In this document: positions 29,674 through 39,165 of the stretch, in pieces
Layout: every line of letters starts with the position of its first letter
Numbering within the stretch: the stretch's first letter is position 1
Assembly (NCBI GenBank): GCA_049890095.1
Contig: JBMHCD010000005.1
Location: 92,174-156,173 of the forward strand
DNA length: 64,000 nt
Reading direction: 5' to 3'
Source: Flavobacteriales bacterium
GTDB lineage: Bacteria > Bacteroidota > Bacteroidia > Flavobacteriales > UBA7312
The notes under the pieces: generated by a model
What the model saw: only the letters and a program-made list of their open reading frames with translations
Databases searched by the model: none
What the model was told of the DNA's origin: nothing
Position numbers and translations under genes: made by a program

Positions 29674-30678
29674 TTATGGAATTTCTACCTGATTTAAAAT
29701 TTCGGTAATAATATCTACAGAAGTAATATTTTCAGCTTCAGCTTCATAAGTAAGACCAATACGATGCCTCAATACATCATGGCATACCGCTCTGACGTCT
29801 TCAGGAATTACATAACCTCTTCTTTGAATAAATGCATAAGCTTTTGCTGCTTTTGCTAAGCTAATACTAGCTCTAGGAGATCCGCCGAAACTAATCATAT
29901 CGGTAAACTGATTTAATCCGTATTGAGATGGATTTCTAGTGGCAAAAACAATGTCGATTATATATTGTTCTATTTTTTCATCCATGTATACTTCTTTAAC
30001 CAATTCTCTTGCACTAAGAATAGCTTCTGGTTTTAATATTTGTTGTGCTTTTGGAAATGATTTAGAAAGATTATGTCTGACAATAATTTTTTCTTCTTCT
30101 TTATTTGGATAGTCTATAACTACCTTCAGCATAAAACGGTCTACTTGAGCCTCTGGCAATGGGTAAGTACCTTCTTGATCGACTGGGTTTTGTGTTGCGA
30201 GAACTAAAAAAGGTTGATTAAGTTCAAAAGTTTCATCACCAATGGTTATTTGCCTTTCTTGCATTGCTTCCAGTAAAGCAGATTGAACTTTAGCTGGTGC
30301 TCTATTGATTTCATCAGCCAATACAAAATTAGCAAAGATGGGTCCTTTTTTAATAGAAAAACTTTCATTTTTTGGACTATAAATCTGAGTTCCAAGAACG
30401 TCAGCTGGTAGTAAATCGGGCGTAAATTGAATCCTGCTAAACTTAGAGTCTATAGTATCAGCCAGAGTATTTATAGCTAAAGTTTTTGCCAACCCTGGTA
30501 CACCCTCTAATAAAATGTGTCCATCAGACAAAAGACCTATTAGTAATCGTTCAGTCATCTTTTTTTGACCAACAATAACTTTGTTCATTTCTAACATCAG
30601 TAAGTCAATAAAAGCACTTTCTTTATTAATCCTTTCATTAAGTTCTTTAATGTCAATATTTATTGTAGTGTTATCCAT
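29674..30678 (-). CDS. MoxR-family AAA+ ATPase
   Basis: Walker A GVPGLAKT, Walker B LADEINRAPAKxQSALLEAMQE and ATQNPxxQEGTYPLPEAQxDRF. Confidence 0.9.
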   Translation of the reverse strand: MDNTTINIDIKELNERINKESAFIDLLMLEMNKVIVGQKKMTERLLIGLLSDGHILLEGVPGLAKTLAINTLADTIDSKFSRIQFTPDLLPADVLGTQIYSPKNESFSIKKGPIFANFVLADEINRAPAKVQSALLEAMQERQITIGDETFELNQPFLVLATQNPVDQEGTYPLPEAQVDRFMLKVVIDYPNKEEEKIIVRHNLSKSFPKAQQILKPEAILSARELVKEVYMDEKIEQYIIDIVFATRNPSQYGLNQFTDMISFGGSPRASISLAKAAKAYAFIQRRGYVIPEDVRAVCHDVLRHRIGLTYEAEAENITSVDIITEILNQVEIP

Positions 30679-30697
30679 TTTTATTAATAATATTTTG

Positions 30698-30705
30698 CAA
30701 AAATA
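30698..30705 (-). promoter_or_regulatory. candidate -7 box (TATTTTTG) for the moxR-bat operon
   Basis: Exact TAnnTTTG on the minus strand, 19 nt upstream of the moxR ATG (30678). Confidence 0.35.
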
Positions 30706-30800
30706 GTGAGTCTTTTAAATAAATCAAGTTCCACAACGAGACATTTTAAAGAAATATTATATAATTATAAACTTTTTTATTGTTAGTACTATCAATTCTA

Positions 30801-30808
30801 TAACTTTG
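30801..30808 (+). promoter_or_regulatory. candidate -7 box (TAACTTTG) for truA, with an upstream TTG at 30780-30782
   Basis: Exact TAnnTTTG, 12 nt upstream of the ATG at 30821. A TTG lies 18 nt upstream of the box, close to -33/-7 spacing. Confidence 0.35.
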
Positions 30809-30820
30809 TTGCCATTACAA

Positions 30821-31567
30821 ATGGAAGAAAGATATTTTATAGAAATCGCTTATGATGGCACAGCATATCACGGTTGGCAAATTCAACCCAATGCTATAAG
30901 TGTGCAGGAAAAACTGAATAGTTGTTTGTCAACGATCTTGCGAGAGGAAATTCAAATCCAAGGAGCTGGTAGAACGGATACTGGTGTTCATGCTAGGCAA
31001 ACTTTTGCTCACTTTGATGTAAAAAAATCGATAGATTTAGATTTCATAAATCGATGTAATTCAATTCTTCCTGCAGATATACAATTGATTAATTACAAAA
31101 AAGTTAACAGTAGTTCTCATAGTCGTTTTGATGCCATTAGCCGAACTTACGAGTATATAATTTCAACAGCTAAGGATCCGTTTTATATTAATAAAGCGTT
31201 TTATTTTTTTAAAGATTTAGATTTAGATCTGATGAATAAAGCTTCACAACTACTTTTGTTAGAAAAAGATTTTACCTCATTTTCAAAATTACATACTCAA
31301 ACTAAAACGAATGATTGTATATTGTCAGAAGCAATTTGGTATGAAAAAAATCATTTTTTGATATTTAATATAAAAGCAGATAGATTTTTAAGAAATATGG
31401 TCAGGTCCATTGTTGGGACTTTGATTGAAGTAGGTTTAAACAAAATTACTATCGATGATTTCAAAAGAATAATAGCTTCAAAAGATAGGAAAAACGCTGG
31501 GTTTTCTGTTCCGGCTTGTGGTCTATATCTTAAAAGTGTAGAATATCCAAAAACTATATGGCAGTAG
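30821..31567 (+). CDS. truA: tRNA pseudouridine(38-40) synthase
   Basis: YDGTxYHGWQxQ and the catalytic GAGRTDxGVHA motif. The start is set at the ATG of MEERYF rather than the upstream TTG at 30806. Confidence 0.9.
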   Translation: MEERYFIEIAYDGTAYHGWQIQPNAISVQEKLNSCLSTILREEIQIQGAGRTDTGVHARQTFAHFDVKKSIDLDFINRCNSILPADIQLINYKKVNSSSHSRFDAISRTYEYIISTAKDPFYINKAFYFFKDLDLDLMNKASQLLLLEKDFTSFSKLHTQTKTNDCILSEAIWYEKNHFLIFNIKADRFLRNMVRSIVGTLIEVGLNKITIDDFKRIIASKDRKNAGFSVPACGLYLKSVEYPKTIWQ

Positions 31568-33309
31568 AAAATATTAAAAAGGTTTATGATTTTCCTCTTT
31601 TTAAAAGGGTACTAAAATATGTTGTTCCATATAACAAAACTTTTTATGTCACGACTTTTTTGGCAGTTTTATTATCTTTTTTGTCACCATTAAGACCCAT
31701 GTTAATTCAACATGCTTTTGACAATTATATTTTGATTCCAGATTTAAATATGCTTCAAAAAATTACGATTTTATTGATTGTATTGCTAGTTTTAGAAAGT
31801 ATAGTTCAGTTTTTCTATACGTATGGAGCAAACATATTAGGTCAAAGTGTTATCAGAGACTTAAGAATGCAGGTTTACAATAAAATATTGGAGTTTAAGC
31901 ATTCATATTTTGATAAAAATCCTATTGGTGCGTTAGTTACTAGAGTTGTTTCAGATATTGAAACAGTCGCAGATATATTCTCTCAAGGTTTTCTTATCAT
32001 AGTTGGTGATATTTTAAAATTATTAGTTGTTATAATTGTAATGTTTGTTACAGATTGGAGATTAGCATTATTTAGTTTAGCATCTATTCCGGTTTTAATT
32101 GTTGCAACAAATTGGTTTAAAAGATCTATAAAGGCATCTTTTCAGGATGTAAGAACTAAAGTTTCTGAGTTAAATACTTTTGTGCAAGAGAGAATTGTTG
32201 GTATCTCAATAGTTCAATTGTTTAATAGGGAAAGAATTGAATCTGAAAAATTTGAAAGAATCAATAAAGATCATATGGATGCTCATATTCGTTCTATTTG
32301 GTATTATTCTATTTTTTTTCCAATTGTAGAAATACTTTCTGCAGTATCCATAGGGCTTTTGATTTGGTGGGGTGGAGTATCTGTTGTAAATGGAGATGAG
32401 GTTACTTTAGGAGAACTTATAGCCTTTATATTATATATTCATATGTTATTTCGTCCTATTCGTCAATTAGCAGATCGTTTTAATGTACTGCAAATGGGAA
32501 TGGTAGCTTCAGAGAGAGTGTTTAAAGTTTTGGATACCGATTCAAAAATAAAAAATGAAGGGAATGTAGCTTTTGAAACCATATCAAAGTCAATTGAATT
32601 TAAAAATGTTTGGTTTGCATACAATGAAGATGACTGGGTATTAAAAAATGTATCTTTTGAACTTAAAGTCGGTGAAACATTAGCAATAGTTGGAGCTACA
32701 GGCTCTGGGAAGTCTACAATTGTTAATATTCTATTAAGAAATTATGAAATCTCTAAGGGAGAAATATTTATTGACGGAGTTCCCTTTGGGAATTATGAAT
32801 TAAATTCTTTGAGAAAAAATATATCATTAGTTTTACAAGATGTATTCTTATTCTCCGATTCTATATTAAACAACGTCACTTTAAAAGAAGATATTTCATT
32901 GGAAAAGGTGAAACAATGTGCTAAAGAATTAGATATTGATGGATTTATTTCTCGTTTGCCAAATGATTACAATTATAATGTCAAAGAAAGAGGGGCGATG
33001 TTGTCTGTAGGTCAAAAACAATTACTCTCATTACTAAGAGCATATGTAAACAGTCCAAAATTATTAATTTTGGATGAAGCCACTTCTAGCATTGATTCTG
33101 AAAGCGAAGTATTAATACAAAAAGCAATAAACAAACTTACTGAAAATAGAACTTCAATTGTGATTGCACACCGACTAGCGACCATTCAAAATGCAAGCAA
33201 AATTATGGTTTTAGAAAAAGGTGAAATTATTGAAATTGGTACTCATCAAGAGCTTTTAAAGTTGGATAATGCATACAAGAAATTATATGACTTGCAGTTT
33301 AAAGATTAA
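31558..33309 (+). CDS. ABC transporter, fused permease/ATP-binding protein (MsbA/exporter type)
   Basis: Six-TM N-terminal domain followed by Walker A GATGSGKST, signature LSVGQKQ and Walker B LILDEATS. 583 aa. Confidence 0.9.
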   Translation: MAVENIKKVYDFPLFKRVLKYVVPYNKTFYVTTFLAVLLSFLSPLRPMLIQHAFDNYILIPDLNMLQKITILLIVLLVLESIVQFFYTYGANILGQSVIRDLRMQVYNKILEFKHSYFDKNPIGALVTRVVSDIETVADIFSQGFLIIVGDILKLLVVIIVMFVTDWRLALFSLASIPVLIVATNWFKRSIKASFQDVRTKVSELNTFVQERIVGISIVQLFNRERIESEKFERINKDHMDAHIRSIWYYSIFFPIVEILSAVSIGLLIWWGGVSVVNGDEVTLGELIAFILYIHMLFRPIRQLADRFNVLQMGMVASERVFKVLDTDSKIKNEGNVAFETISKSIEFKNVWFAYNEDDWVLKNVSFELKVGETLAIVGATGSGKSTIVNILLRNYEISKGEIFIDGVPFGNYELNSLRKNISLVLQDVFLFSDSILNNVTLKEDISLEKVKQCAKELDIDGFISRLPNDYNYNVKERGAMLSVGQKQLLSLLRAYVNSPKLLILDEATSSIDSESEVLIQKAINKLTENRTSIVIAHRLATIQNASKIMVLEKGEIIEIGTHQELLKLDNAYKKLYDLQFKD

Positions 33310-33388
33310 GTCTTTTGCGTGTTAAAATTTCTATCTAATAACGTTCAATTATTTTTTTGTAAATTGCAAGCTTAACTTATACGTAGAT

Positions 33389-36300
33389 ATGAAACTATTT
33401 TCTTTCTTTAAGCATGTACTTTTTTTAGCTGTGATATTTTTTTCTTTTAATTCAAAAGCTCAAATCACAGTTGATACTGATATTCCTTATAACTCTCCGA
33501 TATTTCTTATCGATAGTTTATTGTTAGGAAGTGGAGTTGAAGCATCCAATCATGAGTTTGATGGAGACCCAATTCAAATAGGTTTTTTTAATGGTCTTGC
33601 AAGTAATATAGGGTTGGACAGTGGAATTGTTATGTCTACAGGAGATGTTAGAATTTTACAGCCAGGATTTGTTTTAGGTGAAATACCAAATAGTAATGCT
33701 GATGATCCAGACTTACTGACTGTAGCTAATTCTGTTCCTGCACTTATAGGTCAAAACTTTACTGTTAATAGTGTAAATGATGTGGTAATTCTTGAGTTTG
33801 ATTTTGTACCTACCTCTTCAGAATTATCATTCAGATATGTTTTTGGATCACAAGAATATTTTGCTTTTGAAAATACTCAATACAATGATGTATTTGGTTT
33901 CTTTATTTCTGGTCCAGGTATAGTTGGTCCTTATGCTAGTCCTGCAGGTTTTCCTGATGGTTCTATAAATATTGCCACTATACCAGAATCTGACCCTGAG
34001 CTTCCTATTACGATTTCATCGGTAAATGCACAATTAAATTCTAACTTCTTTGTTAACAATCAAGGATTAGAAACGGTAAGTGATGCAGACGGATTTACAA
34101 CTGTTATTACTGCTGAAGCTCAGGTTACTTGTGGACAAACTTATCATATCCGTTTATCATTAGCAGATGGTTCTGATACAGGATTATCTTCTTATGTATT
34201 TTTAGATGCAGGAAGTTTTAGTTCGCCAGAATTACAAGTATCTAATAGTTTGAATGTTGATTCAAATTACATTTTTACTGACTGTGGTGTTGATGTTGAT
34301 TTGACCGCTGAGATAGGCGGCGATTATGAGTTTGTTTGGAATACAGGTAGTACTGAACAAACAATTACTGTTGGACCTGGTGCATATTGGGTTGAAGCAG
34401 TTGATTCTACAGATTGTGCTGTTAATTCTGATACTATTGTGGTTTACTCTCAACCTATTCCTGAAATTGATTTTTCAACTGAAAATGAATTATGTGAAGG
34501 GAGTACTTTAACCATTCAGTCTAATGTTTCTGATGGAACATTACCATATAATTTCTTTTGGCAACCAGGAGGAGATGACGAAGATTTAATTGTGTCACAA
34601 GGAGGTCAATATATACTTACTGTAGTTGATTCTAACGGATGTTCAGATACTGATACCATAGATATAATTGAATATCCATTACCAGATATATCTTATTCTC
34701 CAACAGAAATAGTTATTTGTGGAAATGTTCCCGTTGAAGTTTCTGCTTTCGGAGCAGAGACTTATAGTTGGAGTCCAGCAATTGGTATTGATGATCCAAA
34801 TGCTCAAACTGTTTTTATGAGTTCTTCAGCTTCTTTGACTTACACCCTTACTGGAATAGATACAAATGGATGTGTAAACTCGACTCTTGTTCCTACGGTT
34901 TCTGATGAAGGGTTTACAATTTCAGTAGACGTTGATCCGGTAACATGTAATGGCTATGATGATGGTTCAATAACTATAATTGCATCTGATGGTGCAGTAA
35001 CACCAGTTACGTATTCTATAGATGGTGGTGATAATTTTAATGACTTTTTCGTTTTTGAAGATTTGACCTTTGGTACATATGATATTTTAGTAAGAGATAA
35101 TTTAGGTTGCTTAATATCACAACAGGTAAATGTAAATGGGTCTGAGCCAGATATCGAAGTAATTATAGGACATCAAGACGTTCTGTGTGCGGAAGATACG
35201 ACAGGTACTGTATTTATTGAGTCTATTAGTGGAGGGAATATAAGTTCTGATTACAATTATAATTGGTTTAGCTCTAATAATGGTGACTTAATTAGTACAG
35301 ATACTATTGTTTCAGTTCCAGAGGGTGCTTATTATTTGGTAGTAACTGATGATAATAATTGTATGGCAACTGATCAGGTTATGGTCGAAGATCCTGCTGA
35401 CTTACAATATGAGATAATTACTTCAGATGTAAGCTGTTTTGGAGCTACTGACGGAGCTATAAATGTAAATATTATTGCTGGAGGTGTTGGACCATTTCAC
35501 TTTAATTGGTTGAACTATGGGAATGCAAATACTAATTCTCTATTCAACCTTGGAGCAGGAACTTATCAATTAGAAATTACAGATAATGTTGGCTGTGTTA
35601 GTGTTGAATTAATAACAATTAATTCTCCAGCCTTACCTTTTTCAATAAGCTCTTCTAACTCTACAGTTAGTTGTTATAATTCTCCAACGGGGTCTATAGA
35701 AGTGGAATTGTCAGGAGGGACTTACCCATATTTTTATAATTGGAGTAGTGGACATATTACACCATTGGCAGATGAATTAACAAGTGGAGAATATATTTTA
35801 CAAGTTACTGATGCTTCAGGTTGTCAATTAATTGATACATTTACAGTTGCTCAAAATCCTGAGATAATCACAGATTTATCATCGACGGATGTTAGCTGTT
35901 TTGGATTAAGTGATGGAACTGCATCTATTTTGGCAAGTGGTGGAGTAGGAAACTTATCTTTTTTATGGTCCACACAAAGTCAGCAAGATGAATTATTTGG
36001 ATTGTCTTTTGGTAATTATTACGTGGTAACAGAAGATGAATTAGGGTGTAAAATTTTTGATACTTTAAGAATTGATCAACCTGATAATATTCGTATTTTA
36101 TTAGATGTTAATGATGTTCTTTGTAATGGAGACTCTACAGGTTCAATTGAATCTATGGTAACGGGTGGTACTCCTTTTCAAAATGGTAGTTATACTTACT
36201 CTTGGTTTATAGAAAATAATCAAATTGGATTCAATTCACCAAATTTATTTAACATTAGTAGTTCTCAATATCCATATCAATTGGTTATAGAAGATTACCA

Positions 36301-38275
36301 AGGATGTAGTGCCACTTCATTTGCTTTTGTTGGTGAGCCTGAGTTGTTGAAATTAGATACATCTGAACTGGTTCCTGCATATTGTCAGAATGTTGCTACA
36401 GCTCATGTATCCGTTGTTGCAGAAGGAGGGTTGCTTAACACTGGAAGTGCTTATCAGTTTTCTTGGAATAATGGTGTTGAGTCGTCAGTATTAGTTAATC
36501 AAAATGCTGGTAACTATGTTGCCTATGTTGAGGATGATAATGGATGTATTGACTCATTACAAATAGAAATTCCTTTAGTCCCTACATTTGAATCGTCAAT
36601 GGATTCAACAGATTTAAATTGCTTTGAAGATAATTCTGGTATTGCAACGATAAATGTTGAAGGTGGTTTTGGACCTTATAATTATAACTGGAACTGGTCT
36701 TCGGGTAATGAGCAGATTACAAGTAACTCTAATAGTTTTTCTAAGACATCCTTACCGGCTGGAATTGTTAGTGTTGTTGTAACAGATGTCAATGGGTGTT
36801 ATTTAGCTAATCAAACACAAGTTGTAGAGCCGAGTGAACTAACTTATAGTGTTATTAAAGATAATGATGAAAGTTGTTCAGGAGACCAATCTTCTTGTGA
36901 TGGTCAAATAACGTTTAATGTTTCTGGAGGTACTGCTCCTTACGATTACCAATGGATGGATCTGGATAATAACTTAGTTGGTTCTTTTGTAGGTACTGTC
37001 ACCAATTTACAAGCATCTGACTTGTGTAATGGGTTTTATCATTTTGAAGTAACTGACGATAAGGGCTGTATAGCTCAAAATAATGGTAGCGGACTGCTTG
37101 CTCCAGTTGAAATTATTAGTGGTTATGAAGTAACTTCAGATATCAATTTAAATACCTTTACTAACAACATTGTTTGTTTTGGTGATACTGCAGCTTTTGT
37201 AGAAGTATTAAACCCAAACAATCAATTTTCATATTCTTGGTTTGTCAATGGAGAATTTTTTGATAATGGATTAAATACAACTATAAGTGCAGGTGATGTG
37301 ACTTTATTAACAAGTTACCAATCTTGTTCGACTAATTCACAGTCACTAGTTGTAAACCAACCAACTCCTTCTTTAATAAATTCTACAATTAATGATATAA
37401 GTTGTTATGGATCTTCGGATGGATCTATATCAATTGAAGCCATAAATCCTCAAGGATTAACTTTTAGTTGGTCTGATAATACAACTGATCAGATTATCAA
37501 CAATCTTACAGCTGGGACTTATGAGTTAGTCATTACAAATGTTTTTGATTGTACTACATCTTATTCTTTTGAAATTTACGAACCTCAAGAAATACAAATA
37601 GACGCAACTGTAACAAATGTTACCTGCAACGGCGGAGATGATGGTACAATAAGTATATCTATTTCGGGAGGGTTATCTCCATATGAAGTTGATTGGCAAG
37701 GCAATGATCCGTTAAATATGGAGGCTGGTTCGTATCAAATAGTTATAAACGATGCTAATTTTTGCTCAAACACATTTACGCTAGATGTTGATGAGCCTTC
37801 TTCTGTTTCTGCTAGTTTTAGTGCAAATAATACACCATTTATAGCTAATGCTAATGGAGGTACACCACCATATAATTATGAATGGTTATATTTTGGTTTT
37901 TCTGTAGGTCAGGGTTCAAATTATACTCCAAATCAAGATGGAGAGTATACTTTAATAGTTACTGACAATAATGGTTGTGTTGGTACTTTTGTTAGAAATT
38001 ATGAAGGTGAAAGTGTTGGAATAAGTGAATTCGAAAATATTGAATTCAGTGTTTATCCCAACCCAATGAATGAGTTTGTTACTATTGAAAAGCTAAATGA
38101 TATTAACGAAATAGTTGAATTCAATTTAATTGACTCTAGAGGTAGAATTGTAAGGTCTGATATATTCAAACATAAATTGATAGTTGAAAGAGAAAGTCTA
38201 TCTCCTGGTGTTTACATGATTGAATTAAAATCTCAAAAATCTAAAATTCAACAAAAGCTTATGATTTACGAATAG
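33389..38275 (+). CDS. large T9SS-secreted surface protein: choice-of-anchor-L N-domain, Ig-like repeats, ~12 SprB-type Cys repeats, type A (Por_Secre_tail) C-terminal sorting domain
   Basis: Signal peptide. The N-terminal ~280 aa are shared with ORF 39166. About 12 units of roughly 75-80 aa each carry (V/I)xC(F/Y/N)GxxDGxI. The C-terminus FSVYPNPMNEFVTIE...LSPGVYMIELKS...KLMIYE fits the type A T9SS CTD pattern. Confidence 0.75.
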   Translation: MKLFSFFKHVLFLAVIFFSFNSKAQITVDTDIPYNSPIFLIDSLLLGSGVEASNHEFDGDPIQIGFFNGLASNIGLDSGIVMSTGDVRILQPGFVLGEIPNSNADDPDLLTVANSVPALIGQNFTVNSVNDVVILEFDFVPTSSELSFRYVFGSQEYFAFENTQYNDVFGFFISGPGIVGPYASPAGFPDGSINIATIPESDPELPITISSVNAQLNSNFFVNNQGLETVSDADGFTTVITAEAQVTCGQTYHIRLSLADGSDTGLSSYVFLDAGSFSSPELQVSNSLNVDSNYIFTDCGVDVDLTAEIGGDYEFVWNTGSTEQTITVGPGAYWVEAVDSTDCAVNSDTIVVYSQPIPEIDFSTENELCEGSTLTIQSNVSDGTLPYNFFWQPGGDDEDLIVSQGGQYILTVVDSNGCSDTDTIDIIEYPLPDISYSPTEIVICGNVPVEVSAFGAETYSWSPAIGIDDPNAQTVFMSSSASLTYTLTGIDTNGCVNSTLVPTVSDEGFTISVDVDPVTCNGYDDGSITIIASDGAVTPVTYSIDGGDNFNDFFVFEDLTFGTYDILVRDNLGCLISQQVNVNGSEPDIEVIIGHQDVLCAEDTTGTVFIESISGGNISSDYNYNWFSSNNGDLISTDTIVSVPEGAYYLVVTDDNNCMATDQVMVEDPADLQYEIITSDVSCFGATDGAINVNIIAGGVGPFHFNWLNYGNANTNSLFNLGAGTYQLEITDNVGCVSVELITINSPALPFSISSSNSTVSCYNSPTGSIEVELSGGTYPYFYNWSSGHITPLADELTSGEYILQVTDASGCQLIDTFTVAQNPEIITDLSSTDVSCFGLSDGTASILASGGVGNLSFLWSTQSQQDELFGLSFGNYYVVTEDELGCKIFDTLRIDQPDNIRILLDVNDVLCNGDSTGSIESMVTGGTPFQNGSYTYSWFIENNQIGFNSPNLFNISSSQYPYQLVIEDYQGCSATSFAFVGEPELLKLDTSELVPAYCQNVATAHVSVVAEGGLLNTGSAYQFSWNNGVESSVLVNQNAGNYVAYVEDDNGCIDSLQIEIPLVPTFESSMDSTDLNCFEDNSGIATINVEGGFGPYNYNWNWSSGNEQITSNSNSFSKTSLPAGIVSVVVTDVNGCYLANQTQVVEPSELTYSVIKDNDESCSGDQSSCDGQITFNVSGGTAPYDYQWMDLDNNLVGSFVGTVTNLQASDLCNGFYHFEVTDDKGCIAQNNGSGLLAPVEIISGYEVTSDINLNTFTNNIVCFGDTAAFVEVLNPNNQFSYSWFVNGEFFDNGLNTTISAGDVTLLTSYQSCSTNSQSLVVNQPTPSLINSTINDISCYGSSDGSISIEAINPQGLTFSWSDNTTDQIINNLTAGTYELVITNVFDCTTSYSFEIYEPQEIQIDATVTNVTCNGGDDGTISISISGGLSPYEVDWQGNDPLNMEAGSYQIVINDANFCSNTFTLDVDEPSSVSASFSANNTPFIANANGGTPPYNYEWLYFGFSVGQGSNYTPNQDGEYTLIVTDNNGCVGTFVRNYEGESVGISEFENIEFSVYPNPMNEFVTIEKLNDINEIVEFNLIDSRGRIVRSDIFKHKLIVERESLSPGVYMIELKSQKSKIQQKLMIYE

Positions 38276-38327
38276 AACTTTTATAAGTTTCTACTTAAAA
38301 TACTTAATTTAAAGCCATTATAGATTC

Positions 38328-39088
38328 ATGAAAAAATTATGCTTATTATTTATTTCATTTATTTTGATGAATATATGTTATTCTCAAATAATTGTTGATA
38401 ATTCTGCTCCTTACTCAAGTCCTAACTATTTAGTAAATCAGCTTTTATTAAATTCAGAATCAGGTTTAGAGGCTAGTAATATTAGTTTTCAGGATGGGGC
38501 TGATCAAATAGGTTTTTTTGACGCAACTCTCCACAATCTTGATATAGATAGTGGTATTGTTTTGTCTACCGGAGATATATATAACCTTTCTTCCTTGACT
38601 GGATCAAATCTGGTTGGAACTACTCCTCCTGTCGAGGACCCAGATTTACTTACTTTAGCGAATTCTGTACCTGGGCTTATTGGAGTGGTAAAGGAGTAGA
38701 TTTTTCTGGTGTGTTTAGTCCTATTAATACAAAAGAAGGAGAAAGTTGGATTTATTATTCTTTTCCTCAAAATTGTAATGAGAAAGATTCTATAAAAATG
38801 TATGTAGGATGCGATTTTGATTTGTTTGTACCATCAACTGTAACACCAAATAATGATTTTACAAATGATGATTTTATGGTGTTTGGCTATAATATTGTAG
38901 ATTATCACATAAAAATATTTGATAGCTGGGGAGCAGAAATTTTTTCCTCCAATGATATAAATGCAAATTGGGATTGTACACATAAAAGCAGATTAGTGCC
39001 CACAGGTGTTTATACATATGTTATCAATTATTCTACAAAAAATGCGAATTTTTACAATAAAACAGGGCATATAAATGTGGTATATTAA
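38328..39088 (+). pseudogene. deletion remnant of a choice-of-anchor-L / type-B-CTD adhesin paralog (N-terminal ~120 codons fused out of frame to the C-terminal ~135 codons)
   Basis: ORF 38328..38699 matches the N-terminus of ORF 39166 up to ...DPDLLTLANSVPGLIG, then stops. From 38678 the -1 frame reads YWSGKGVDFSGVFSPINTKEGESWIYYSFPQNCNEKDS..., collinear with RWFGNGLNNTGLFTPIFAGVGDHWLTYSFPENCNETDS... near residue 627 of ORF 39166, and continues through the type B CTD to 39088. Confidence 0.65.
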
Positions 39089-39165
39089 AAAAAGTGTTAT
39101 ATTTTTGGCAATATAACTTAACAAAGTGATTAACAAATTACTGTTGTTTTTATAATATTTTAGAA

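Noticed and set aside
38711-39088. ORF 38711..39088 as an independent 125-aa gene.
   Set aside because: Its frame is open and homologous to the paralog well upstream of the GTG (from 38678). It has no signal peptide or promoter of its own and consists only of the tail end of an adhesin, so it was called as part of a pseudogene.
39096-39117. The AT-rich hairpin GTTATAT-N8-ATATAAC after the adhesin remnant as a possible terminator.
   Set aside because: The stem is entirely A/T and G/T, and no T-tract follows it.
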